Positions 25,522 through 55,315 of a DNA stretch of 64,000 nt are shown here, piece after piece (within the stretch, counting starts at the first letter, position 1; every line of letters begins with the position of its first letter). Made by a program: the position numbers and the translations under genes. The stretch is from Lepidodermella squamata (lineage: Eukaryota > Animalia > Gastrotricha): positions 4,154,001 through 4,218,000 of the forward strand of contig JBLDXI010000024.1 of NCBI GenBank assembly GCA_047495785.1, in the 5' to 3' direction. Under the pieces are notes generated by a model, which saw only the letters and a list, made by a program, of their open reading frames with translations, ran no database searches and was not told the origin of the DNA.

Positions 25522-26489
25522 TCCATCAAATGCTGGTTACAGCGACATAAAACTGGATAGGTAAACACGAAACTAATCCCCTGAAAATCAACCTCAATAA
25601 GTGTAGAAAACTTCAACAACATTTGCGAATAGTGGTATTATTTGGTTTAAATGGTTTTTCAGATTTCGTTTCCATTGGATTGATTCAACTTAACATCTTA
25701 TAGCTCTTAAGATCTTGCAAAAGCAAGCAATTTATAGACTTATACCATAGAAGCTGGGAATTCTATTGTTTATAGATGATGGCTGGTTTCGGGTCTAATC
25801 GAACTTTTCGAAACGTTATTCAATGCCTGCACGAAGCACTAGCCTATTGTCCGGGGAGGACAATGGATCACTATAAGCATAATAGATTCCCAACATTTTT
25901 ATTATTACCGTCGCCTTTTACATTCTTAATTGCTTCTAACGCTTCTTCATTCATATTTTGTCAATCGATAATTGCCGCTTTACGTATCAAATCGATGAAG
26001 TCGCGCTTTACGACGATGAGAACGCTATGATGATTCGATTAAAACATTTTATATAACATGTTTTTATAATACTATGTTATTCAATACTAGTCGCGCGATG
26101 CGCAAGTTGAGCGCGACTGGCCCGCGTACCAACCAATAGCGGCCTGCGCTCACCCCCTACACCATGGGTGTATTTTTATATTCAGCCAGGCCTGCCCGAA
26201 CGCAAAAAAAGCCGGGCACTACCAGGCTGTACATTTTTTTATTCTGCCCGCACAGCCAGACTCGGAATATAAACGACAAAACATTCTAATGATGCTCTTT
26301 TTCCAGATGTTTTTCAACGCAAACTCAATTTAAATTGAGAATAAAATTAAAAACAATATCAATGTTTAAAAATAAATGGCTCCTGGATGCGACGCAATTA
26401 CGGTCGAAATGCTCAAGGCCGATGTTGATACCAAAGCCAGCGCGCTTGAATGTATATTTCGAGAGATTTGGCGAGACCAAGCGATTGGC

Positions 26490-27480
26490 TGACCGGCTGA
26501 CTTTGTGGGAACATAGCACTGGATGATGGTGACCTCACAGTGCCGTCCCTGGAACCTGGCGACTTCGAGCAGCGTTTGCACGTTGAGAATCCTAACTCTT
26601 GACACCAGTTTTGCATCCGGCATCCTGGCTGTCGTCGGTCGACCGTCAGGGTATTCGGTTTAAACCCCAACCAGTATAAACCAGTTTAAACCGGTACCGG
26701 TTTATACCGGTTTTTTCAAAAAGCGGTTTTTGGGGTGTTTTCACGCAAAAAAGCTTACATTTTCATAGATAACAGCAAGCCAGAAGTCGTCTAAGAGTCA
26801 TTATACGTCCCCAGGATCAATACCACACAGCTGAAATACTTTAGAAAGACTACAGAAGAGTCTTTAGAAAGAGGGGTAACTTTTCACGGCGGATCCGAAT
26901 CCGTTTTCAGAATTTTACCAATCATCAAATTTCCGGAGATAACTGCGTTTTTTAGTTTTTTTATTGCTTTATTCTTTATTGCACTAAGAAATTTTTTTTC
27001 TTCCAGGTGAGAAAAATGGCCGTGTGATATGTCAAACTATGTAGTTTTTCACGTAGAATCACGTGGTGCAGTCCAAATCTCTATAGGACCAAGTGCTAGC
27101 GAACTCTGGTTATGTCAAATGAGACATTTCATTGATTTTAGCATACGTAAAAAAACCGGTTTTTTCACCGGTTTAAACCGGTTTATACCGGTGGGTGGTT
27201 TTTTCAACAAAAAAACCGGTCGGTATTATACCCTGTCGACCGTCCTTGCGGCTTTGGACCGAACGAGTCAAATAGCGCGCAGAATTTCTGGCCCGGTTAC
27301 CGGCGGCGAGTTACAATTATGTTTGTTTCTTGTTGAGGTTTCGAGAACCGGTGCGCTTTTCAAGTGGCGGCGAGTTGGGCGAGCGCGCAACCTCTAACCC
27401 TGAGAACTGGGTTGCTGATGTTAGTTTGTCTGTTTGAGACTAAACCCCCAAATCACGGCAAGGTACAAGCAACGTGGGGA
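26490..27480 (-). mobile_element. Internally deleted RTE-like non-LTR retrotransposon remnant (AP-endonuclease fragments), interrupted by a hAT MITE
   Basis: Minus-strand translation RILNVQTL...VARFQGRHCEVTIIQCYVPT resembles APE-domain motifs WNVRTL and xARF...TIIQCYAPT of RTE-clade elements, fused by deletion. Boundaries approximate. Confidence 0.55.
26647..27235. mobile_element. hAT-superfamily MITE (589 bp)
   Basis: Ends CAGGGTAT.../...ATACCCTG; perfect 8-bp TSD TCGACCGT at 26639-26646 and 27236-27243; clustered subterminal AAACCGG/CCGGTTT motifs at both ends. Confidence 0.9.
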
Positions 27481-28410
27481 AATTCATTTTGTGTAGTACC
27501 TCACAGAAGACATTAAAAAGCCCTAAAGAACTGTTGTGAATCCTATTTTATCATATCTTATTTGATTTTTGCAACTCAAATCTTCGAAACAACCAAATGC
27601 TGCAGTTCGGTCTGCCTCAAGGAAATAAAGAAAATGAACCACACGTTAATTAATTCAATTCCGCTAAGGTTGAAGTTGAGGTTTGAGCTTTAAGTTGAAA
27701 AATTCCGTTAGCTGATTTGTCAATTGCTCGTTTCTCCTGACACCGCAGTCCTGCCTAAATTCATGGAACTTCTGGAAAATGGAAAAAGTTAAACCAGAAA
27801 CCTTATTTGTTAGCCCATGTCTCTTTTTTAACGACGAGTAAAGATAAAACACGACTGTCGTGTTCCAATATATATGTCTACATATAACACTGTTTACCGG
27901 CAATTTTAAAGCGTTAAAACATTAATAGCGCATGCTTTGCAGTTTCTCACAGGCAAGCACAGGAACGGCCCTATGACGGCAGCAAGCAGCAAAGAAATCG
28001 ATTCGGCCCGAATCTGGACGGAAAGGTCTTGCCGAAGGTCTTTATATTCTGCTTATTACGGTTAACTCATTATATAATAATCTCATAGGTAATATAAATA
28101 TTTTACAGCACCACGAATGTAAACATTTAAGCGCACGCAGCCGGGCGACGCACCTTCAGGTATTGTGCAGCTTCAAAAGTGTGAACATCCCAGCGTTAGG
28201 CGACCATGTTTTTCGAAAACATTCATCAACCGCTCCGCTGCAACGATTATCCCAGTTACCACCCCGCCGGTGCTAATTCTTGCAAAGAGCTTCAATTAAA
28301 AATTAATCTCAGCAATTTGATCAATAACGTCATGCATAGTTCGATATTAATTTCCAGGAGGGCTTCACTCCCAAAGTTTGCTCAGAAAAATAGGCCACCT
28401 GGAACCAACC

Positions 28411-31400
28411 ATGAAAATGCAAACTGCAGAGCTGTTGCTTATTCTATCCATTTTCGCCGACTCTACCCTGCAGCGTGAGCTTGAAAGTTGAAAGATTATT
28501 CCTCATCGTTATTCTCGTCAATGCCCACAGAGTGCTCACCTGCTTGCGAACAAAGAGGAGGAATTTGCGGTTCTACAAACGTATGTCAATGCCTGGCAAG
28601 ATTCAGCGGAACGAACTGTTCTCAAGGTGCGTAACCTCTTCGCTAACCTTTCCTATAATGCACACTTCTTTTTTCCGTGAAAGTGATCGGAGCAATTACA
28701 GATCCAAGAAACTACGTGCCGGAGTATTCTTACATCGGAGATGGGAATTACGGTGTGCATCATTTTACAACAACCATCACTGTTCAATTTTTATGCGCCT
28801 TTTTGAAAAGATGCGAATTGGCTATACACCTGCAATCGCAATTTTCCCGTTCTTGGATCTAGTAACGAAATCTACCTGACGACCAACAGCAACACAACAT
28901 TTACGACATTCATTAACAAAAAGGTAAGTTGCGAACGTAAATCAAACGATGAGATGAAGGTCTCTATTTGTGCCAAGTTCTTCAATCTAAACAGCTTCTC
29001 AATCAATGCTACGATGCAAATTGATGCGCCCGTTGGCCGGGGCTCAGATCAGTACACGATAAGCATTTTGTCAAACTCGACACTGTCATATGAGGTACCG
29101 ACGTCGCTCGCGACCACTCTCTACACGAGCAATTTCGCTGGGCTACATTTCCGGGTCCTGAGCTTTAGAGCCGGCTATCAAATTATGTCATCGCCTAAAA
29201 AGACTTCAATTAATTTGACAGACTGGAAAGGAGCCCCATTTGTTCCATTGTCACAGGATGCGATCAAAGGCCGGCATCACGTTGGAATTGTAGTTAGAAA
29301 CGGCAGCACGCTATGGATGGATATGTGTACCAATGCATCCTGCACAGCGATTTACATCGCACAAGCCATGCCTGCACGACTTTTTCCGATCTCCGCCCCG
29401 GGCATGGAACCGGCTGTTCTTGCCTTGACAGCAGTTAATAATGGCACCTCTGATCCGGTCAGACTGATCGATTTGCGTGTTTACAACTTGGGTAAGCTTT
29501 CCAATTTTTCCTAACGTCCAAGGTAAGGCGAGAAGCTAAAAGCATCGTCAAAACCACCTCGGCTCTTCGGGCCAACAATGTCCAGTGATCAAGATATATC
29601 GATGAAGATGGGCTCAACAGCATACTGCAGTGTACTCTATAGCATATATACTATTAAATTTTAACCGCTTTTATAAGTAGGTTAGGATAGCTAGGAGCTT
29701 ATTGTGTATTCGTAGAATGTCAAATAATTGCATTAAGGGCTGATTTGAGTTTATTTGTCTAAAGAGAATCCTGTCACAACCACCTCTTCTCCTGCTACAA
29801 CAACGACCGCATCCACTAAAATCCCCACAGTTCCTGGTACGACAACGACTGCGCAAACTACACCAATCCCCACAGTTCCTGATTCAACAACGATTGTGCA
29901 ACCTACAACAATCCCCACAGTTCCTGATTCGACAACGACTGCACAAGCTACAACAAGCCCCGCAACAACAGCTAGAACCACAACCGTTCCTACTACGGCA
30001 TCGCAAACTGCAACCACAGCCACCACTACAACGGCACCTGGTACAGGTAGAGCAATGCCACTGTGCAATCATAGCTTTTTCTAGGCTCACCGTTTGAAAA
30101 ATTAAAGGGACATTTTTTTGAGTGCGCTCAAAATTCGTGCATGGGGCGCACATAGGGTGCGCTTATTTCGAAATCAAATTTTGAGTGCATGAAAAAAGCT
30201 TCCCTTTAATTTTTAATTAACGAAGACCCCATACCTATTCAATCGACGGAGAATCGCTCCAATTTTATTGTGGTAAAAAAACCGACAGTTAAAACCCGGC
30301 CAAACATTTGTACGTGCGCCACAGGCTGGACAGGGTTGAATTGCACAGCCGGTGAGTAGAAGCTTTGTGATGTCGGGATATAATCGTCGGATTAAATCTT
30401 ACGATTTCTGTTAACCCTCTAAGGCCGGGAACGTGTATCTCAAACTACGAATTCTCTCCTTAAATTCTCATATTTTCCGAATTTTGCCGGACTAACGGTT
30501 TGGCACAGTTTTAGATAGCCATTTGGGCTCCTCAATTCCGAAAACCGCATACTCGCCACGTTAATTGCGTAACACAGGTGAGCGCGCAAATCACGCGGCC
30601 TGATGCTTTATGTGAATACTCAATCAGGAATTTAGGCCCTTGACTCGATGGGTGCTAGCAGGATCCACCCAGTTTGGTTTCAAATGTTCAAACTAGTGCC
30701 AATACTGGTTTCCATTGACGTCCCTCTGGCTAAATTGGGCGAAAAATATAGGTTGTCTACTTGTTTTGAGATAAAAAATGACACTTTTGATCGAAATGGG
30801 CGATTATCAGATTTGAACAGGTGTTAAGCAACAGAGGATTGCGTAATACGGTCAGTTCATCGGTATAAGGTCTCAGATGGATGAAGAGACCATTCATGAA
30901 AAGTTTGGTCTGGTGGCTGCTCATGATTCTCAAGATACAAGATTGTTTTCATTTGAGTATACTCAAGTTGTATAAACTAAGTAGCTACCGGCCTTAGAGG
31001 GTTAGATAATGTCAAGGTCTCTCGCTTTTATGTTATTTTCAGAAAATATGTTCATTTCCTTAACGGCAACTGTCATTAATTTATCATTAATCATTAATTA
31101 GCGGATTGCTCTTCGATTGGCGGCTGTTTGAACAACGGCACTTGTTCAGCGCCTGGCAACTGCACCTGCACAAGCAAATGGCGTGGAACGAGATGCGAGA
31201 TTCCAAATGATGATTGCTCCAGCCTGGGATCTTGCTACAATGGAGGCAAGTGCATTGGGATAAACGAATGTAGTTGTGCGTTCGGCTGGAATGGCACGAA
31301 CTGCGCATTTCGTAAGCTGGGTTTTTCATCAAATATGTGCCACTAAAATAACCATTGATATGTAGCATCTTGCTCCAGCATCGGGGAATGTAAAAAGGGC

Positions 31401-34400
31401 GGAATTTGTGCACAGCCTAATCGCTGCACCTGCATTGGAAGTTGGACAGGCATTGACTGTTCAAAGAAAAATAACGAAACGACCTCAAAAACTGCCGTTT
31501 CGATCTCTTTCATCTCTGCAATGCCGCCCCAGACATTGATAGCAGCAGCGACTCCAATCAGTTCTGTTGCAATTGAAGCTTCGACACGTATCAGCGCGAA
31601 TGATAATTCAACGGCTTTAGCTGTGTCGTCAACTGCCTTCATGGCTGACTTGGCCCCCGTTATAGCTAAATACGCCGATCTAGCGAGCCAAATGGCCCCT
31701 GATGTTGTAGAAAATATTTCATTGTCTTACGCTACAGCAGCAAGCGCTGTCATGTTCGCGATGTCTGAATCAGTCACCACCATGGAGGAAACAAGCCCTC
31801 TATCTCTTAACCTCAATGATAAAAACACCAAATGCAAGATTGATCAAGCTGCGACTACAACACCGAGCCCTAAAACTGCACTATCAGCTGATGAGGTTAG
31901 TGAGCTTCGAACACTGCAGCCAGATAAACCCTATAATAATTGCTGTTAATTGCAGTCATCAAAGCTTTACCAAAATTTCAATCAAATGATTGATGGTATG
32001 CTTAAAATGGTCGAGGTCAATGTGAAAACGGGCAAAAACTTCACATTTAGTGGCAAATTCTTTTCGATACTTCTAAATGTAATGGATGCCAAAAGGCTGC
32101 CAAATTTAAAAGTGGAGACCATTCACGCAGCTGTGGTGTTTCCCAATACGACATCCGCCGCAGAATTTATCGACTCCAAAGCATCAGGAGTCTCGATTAA
32201 AGAAACTGACACCGTCACTGTTGTCTTAACAGCTTACATCGTTAATGTCCTCGACCCAAAGCAGCCGTTCAACATGCCAACCATTTCGGTTAAACTTCTC
32301 TATCAGAAGAAAGAGCTGATTCTCAAAAAGGGCTATCAGGTAAAAATAACTGGGAAGCCTGTTGTCTCCAAGGCAGCTATGCTTAGCGTTCAAAAGTCAG
32401 ATGCTCAGTGTGACGTTAGTACAATTGCATGCGACGTGAGTACGAACGCGGATACACTGGGATCGCTGGCTCTTTTCCCTGTTTCCTCTGGCTCTGGAGA
32501 TTTTGTGCTGATATTCCCAGTCATCAAGTACAACTACAAGGCATATCTATCTTTGAACAGCACGCCAACTGTGAAGAGCTATACCTGGTCTGTCAATGTT
32601 ACTCAAACCAGTGTCAGCACCAGTTTGAATGCTACCCTCGGAGAACTCAAATCAAGCTACAATACAGATGTCGAACTGCGAATAGTGATTCCACAATCAG
32701 CATTGCAGGACTTTGCTAGGATGCAAGGGGTCTCCTCAACAGAAAATGTCACATTTAAGATGCACGTTTACACAAAGAAAGACTTCTCCAGTTTCTCGAC
32801 TGTGGACGACTTGCCAGCAGATGCTTGCCAACTTCAGCGATGCAATGGTTACCATCTTAAGGTAGGATTCGCCAGGGCGCGGAACACGAATTCAAGGAAA
32901 AGACGCGATGCATCTGACTCGAGCTCTGATGAGGATTTCGAGCTGGATCCCAGTTCTACTGAATCAGCCGTCACCTTCAAATCGTCATATTTCGGCGATT
33001 TCGGGGCTGATCTCGTCATCTCACCGAACACCATCGAATTCTCCGATATCTTCGCCAATTTCGCAACGCTTGTATCTGACAACGCATTTGTACTCGCGTT
33101 CCAAGTAGCCGCTGTAGTGTTCTTCATCATCGGAGTGATTGTTGTTTGGCGATTCGACAAACTGGACATCAAAGAATGGGCATTCATGCCTTTGAAGAGC
33201 AACAAGCCGTACGAAGTCCACAAGTATCTCGTTTCAGTCGATCATTTCGGCGTCAAAAACTATCATCTGAAACCTGTTGTCCTACTACGAGCTTACGGTG
33301 ATATCAGTGATACAAACTGGAGAGTCCTTGAAGATTACGGGAGAGAAAAAAATTTCAACGGGAGGAGACCGGCCAATTTCATGATGACTACAGCATTGCC
33401 TATTGGTCATATCGAGGCAGTTGAAATTCGACTTCATAGTCGATTCAGGGCGCCACACGGCAGCAAGCCTCTTCAGATGCAAATCGATAAAGTTGTCGTG
33501 GTTGACATTGAGAAGGCGCAAAAGTTTGTTTTCTTGACCATGGCTCTCATGAAAAGTGGCGACGTGAAGATTAAGGAACTCGCGACTGAGGACGAGATCA
33601 AAGGATTCAAGTACTTGGTCAGCGCCCATTCTCGAGTTGGCTTGTTCAGCTCTCACCCGTGGCTATCCATCACGAGGCGTCCTCTTCCGAGTAACTGGAC
33701 CAGATGCGAACGGCTAGCTTGTGTCGTCAGTGCCCTTTTCATGGCCATGCTGGTGAATGCAATGTTCTATGGTAAAGAGAGTAAATCACCCCGAGTCGGC
33801 GTCAATATCGGAGGATTCTTTCGCCTGTCGTGGTTTACAGTCTACACAAGTTTCATCGGATGTGTTATCGTCATCCCTCCAACTGCAATAATGGCCTTCA
33901 TTTTCAAGCGAATTCGACGTCGATCAGCTGAGAATAGCCAATACACAACTATTTTCAATGTGGCATTGGGATACCAGCAACGAGATGCCGACGGCAAAGA
34001 AAAGAAGCCATTCCAGCTTCCGTACTATTGTGCCATCATCGCTTGGATTTGTAAGTTTTACATCGCATGCGTCATTTATTGTTGATTTCATTCATTTCTA
34101 GTGGTCGCTGGCTGCGTTGGAGCCTCTTCCTTCTTCATCGTCATGTACAGCCTGATGTGGGGCAAGGAGAAATCGCTGCAGTGGCTCAGTGGAATGGTCA
34201 TGAGTGTTGTTCAGGACATAGTTATCATTCAAACAGTCAAGGTTGCATTGTTGTCTATCTGCAGTTCAACCTTGTTGTCTCTGCCTGATGACGGTCTTGA
34301 CATTGGCAAGGTGACATTCTCGAAGAACAGCTCCAATAAGAAATCAGAGCTCTTCAAGCGCATGCGGAACATCATCGGAGGGATTTTCCACCACATCATC

Positions 34401-36774
34401 TACGTTGTTGCATTTGCTATAGTGATATCTGCAACACAGAACAGACTTGCCTATCAACAAATTGAGGATTTAAAACCACTCGTGGAGATGCGTGATGTAC
34501 CTCAGATGGGTGTGATTAAGGACTACACCCAGATTTACTCGTGGCTGAATAACAATCTACTGCCGCAGTTTTTCGCTGCCAACCAGTTGAGCAAAGGCCT
34601 GAAATTCAACGTGAAAAACATCTATCAAGTTCTCAATCATGATGTGGTAGTTCTCGGGCCAATTCGCTTGAGACAACAACGAGTCCGCACCGGTAATTTA
34701 GCTTGAATTGAAATAAACTAAATGATTCACGTGATTACCTTATTGTAGCTCCCTGTTTGTTGGAAACTTCGGCGATTCCTCAGTATGTCAAGAGATTCAC
34801 AGACTCACTCGTGTTGAATACTTCAAAATGTCAGAATCAATACGTTGGCCAACTTGGAGTGGGTGCGGACACCGAAATAAGGCAATTTTCGAACTTCAAT
34901 TGGACTTACAACGTGAATACTACTGCATGGTTGCCAGAGAATGTCACAACTGAGCAGGCTCCATGGATTCATCGAGAGGACAGTGGAATTCCTTACTCAG
35001 GCTGGCAAGCAACCTACACCAGCGGCGGGTATTACGTCGACCTACCAATTAATCTTGCGAAAGCTCAAGCTTTCATTACTGGGCTTCAGTCGAGGAGATG
35101 GCTGGACAACGCAACTTCAGTTTTGTTCGTCGACATGGTCCTGTTCAATGCTCAGGTCAACTTGTTCATCGCTGTCAAAGTGGTTTTCGAAGCCTTGAGT
35201 GCTGGAGGCATGACCTATCACGCGAGAATGTATCCTCTTCAGTTGTATCAATACATCGGGGCCAGTTCGGTCTTTGTTTTCGCCATACAAGCCATCTGGA
35301 TTTTGCTGGTTATCTCGCATCTGATCAAGATCGTTATCAAAATAAAGAAGCAAGGCTTCAAAAAATTTCGAAGAGATGGATGGGACTTGTTAGAGTTGGC
35401 TCAGATGTTGATAGCCTTGGCCATTGTTGGATTGTTCATTGCTCGAATTGTCGTTGTGATGAAAGTTGTTACTCGACTACAAACCGATAAGACTTCATTT
35501 GTGAACTTCGATCTCCTGGTCAACTGGGAAGCTTTGATGGCTAATCTGTACGGCATCACTTTTTTCATGACTATGCTGCTGTTTTTCCGCCATTTGACCT
35601 TCAATAAGTACTGGTGCATCTTCTTGGGAACGCTCTCCAAAGGCAAGGCGGATATATATTCATTCCTGTCCACTTTTGTCATCATCACATTACTGTTCGC
35701 CCAACTGGGTTATCTGAGCCTTAATACAACTTGTAACGAGTTTCAATCATTCACTGCTTCGATAATGACCCTGGTTCAGAATATCATCGGGGTAACTGGG
35801 TCCCTGATGTCACTGAGCTTCACCTCGCGTTACATCATGCTGTTCTGCATGGCTTATTCAACAATCGTCATGTTTTTGGCTGTTCAGGTCTTCATGACAA
35901 TTATTTCAGTCACGTACCGTCAAGTAGCTGAAAATGTTGAAGAAAACACTAACTGGGATCACGAACTATCGAGCTACATGGCAGAAGAATTAACGTCCGC
36001 TTTTGTTAAAACCCTTGCGAAGGAAACTGCTGCTCCTGTTTTCAAACCTGTTGGAGAACGCAATCTAGCGAAATGTAAGCCTTTGCTTTAGTTTATTGAT
36101 CTAACACTTTATATATTACATTAGTGGAGTATTCAATTTACCGTTTTTCGCGCCTTGTTGAGTCGCGAATCGAGGACGATGCTTACGAGAGAGTTGCGAA
36201 ACGCGAGCGTTGTCTGATGCATTGGATAGACATGAAATTGCATGAATTACGGCTGCAAAGACGTATGAACCCTGTTGAGCGTCAAGTCACCGCATCATCG
36301 AACACCACAACTAAGGTCAAAGATCCAAAGCTGTTCCTATGTGGGGACAAACTTATCACACAACGGGGTCATTTTGTTAAAAATGTCCAGCAATCCCGAC
36401 AACCTGCACCAGAACCTGTTTTAATTTCTCAGGATTGGCCCTGCCAAATAATTCCTGGCTTCAATTTCAATGCCAACACACTACACTCGCCGAAACAGAT
36501 TGTCATGCCTCTTGCTAGAACGGCTATGCCCGACATTAAGTTCAAGGAAAAACCAGTCAACAAAGTGGCTCCAGTCGGTAATCCAGCTTTCAACACGCCA
36601 CAAAAGAGACCAGATGTCAAAATTCAGATCACTCCCGCTCAGAGATCGCTGTGGGGTATGCTTTTCCCGAATAAAAAGCAGCCTGGCAGCTTGCCTGTCG
36701 GATCCGTTCGTGGATTGTACGATCCGAAGAAACAGGGCGGAAGTAGTCAGTTGAACCCATATCCAACACATTGA
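28411..36774 (+). CDS. Polycystin-1-like gene B: SP-EGF-lectin-like domain-Thr-rich stalk-(half EGF)-EGFx3-GAIN-like-TM1-PLAT-TM2-5-TOP-channel-long C-tail
   Basis: First exon MKMQTAELLLILSIFADSTLQ (28411-28474), then an EGF exon 28531-28626. Core ORFs 31950-34085, 34101-34706 and 34757-36091 carry HPWLSITRRPLPSNWTRCERLAC, GPIRLRQQRV, RWLDNATSVLFVD. Last exon 36125-36774 in frame. Confidence 0.9.
29821..29955 (+). repeat. Coding minisatellite, 3 x 45 bp (IPTVPxxTTxxQxTT) in mucin-like stalk of gene B
   Basis: ATCCCCACAGTTCCTG recurs at 29821, 29866 and 29911. Confidence 0.85.
30097..30213. repeat. Imperfect palindromic insertion in gene B intron
   Basis: AAAATTAAAGGGACATTTTTTTGAGTGCGCTCAAAATT pairs imperfectly with AATTTTGAGTGCATGAAAAAAGCTTCCCTTTAATTTT. 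Confidence 0.6.
30415..31001. mobile_element. piggyBac-type MITE (587 bp) in gene B intron
   Basis: Perfect 14-bp TIRs CCCTCTAAGGCCGG / CCGGCCTTAGAGGG, flanked by TTAA (30411-30414) and TTAG (31002-31005). Confidence 0.85.
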
Positions 36775-37022
36775 ATAAGCAGACTTCTAATTGATGAAAC
36801 ATTGGAATTGTGTGTTTATGACATTGAGATTCTTTGCGCGCGTTTTTTTGAACCATATTATCAAACATATTATTCTGACGGTTTCATTGAATAAAAGCGA
36901 CCCTGCGTTTTCTTTATATATAATGAAACTCTCGAACTCAGAAAATTTTATTTTATTTATTAGTGCGTCAAATTATTTATTAACAGGAAAGTGTTGATAT
37001 GAAAGTTCTCATTTAGTGAAAT

Positions 37023-54383
<17,361 letters not shown>

Positions 54384-55315
54384 CGGAAAACTGACTATAC
54401 AAAACAATTTAAACCAGATTTTTCATTCAATCATTGCGAATGCAAGATTTTGACGGTCTGCGTGGGCTGGAACCGCCAGCATAAAGAACTCTAGAATTGC
54501 TAATCGTGCAGTCCAGGGAAACAGCTAGAAATGAATCGCGCCAGATTGGGTTCCAGTAGTTGAGTGTTGTTTTAGTCAATTCGTCGCTCTAACCCGCAAA
54601 GCAAGGTGCTAACCCAGCTTCTTCGCCGGCTGATTGATCTCTAAGCGACCGCTCGAAGCTTTCTTTGTTATTTGTTTGCGTAACACTTTTCCGCTCATTG
54701 TCTGGAAGATATAACATTTAGAAAGATTGGTAATTGCACAAAGCGGCGAATCTATTATTCATCACGTAGAGCCCTGCCCACTCAACGCATAATTGATCAC
54801 GATTACCGCCACCCTCCTCCGCTTTTTTGGGCTAATCAATCAAGAATAAGTTCAATGGCGCAGTTCTCAAAGTTCTGATGGCGTTCGCCTCTTGTCTTAC
54901 GCAAAAAAGCATCACATGATTCATAGGTCTTTGATGAGGCGTAATTTTGTTTGTCGGCGGTTTTTCGATTTTTCTGCCATTTCGATCTGCGCCAAGTACT
55001 TGATAATGAGGGGGATGAGGGGTATCGTACCCTCCAGTTTGGGAGGCCAAAGTGGGAAAACACCCGAAAAACCACAAGGGGGCCTTTTGGATCCTACTTC
55101 GCGCCGTGCGACCGCGTACGGACTAACCCGCGTTCGGGACTAATTCGGGCTCGGGCCCTAACAATGCGTTCAGTTGCCAAACTTCGTTGTGAGGTTCTGT
55201 GAAGTCAAATTTCAATTCAAACGCAGCTGACTGTCAAGAAAAAGAGAAATTTTATTCGTCTGAAAAGTTATTGGTCACACTGTTTCGTCAAATGAATTCT
55301 CACGTACAATCAAGT

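Noticed and set aside
26325-26519. ORF vaguely like a hAT dimerisation domain (SPNLSKY...)
   Set aside because: Lacks the SxxxERxFS motif; an overlapping frame fits an RTE endonuclease remnant better.
31885-31915. CTGATGA motifs suggesting hammerhead ribozymes (also about 11700, 41773)
   Set aside because: They lie in coding exons or splice junctions without flanking stems and a properly placed GAAA.
54768-55160. Possible MITE bounded by TAGAGCCCTGCCC and GGGCTCGGGCCCTA
   Set aside because: Inverted repeats are imperfect and no TSD is visible; cannot be supported without a copy search.
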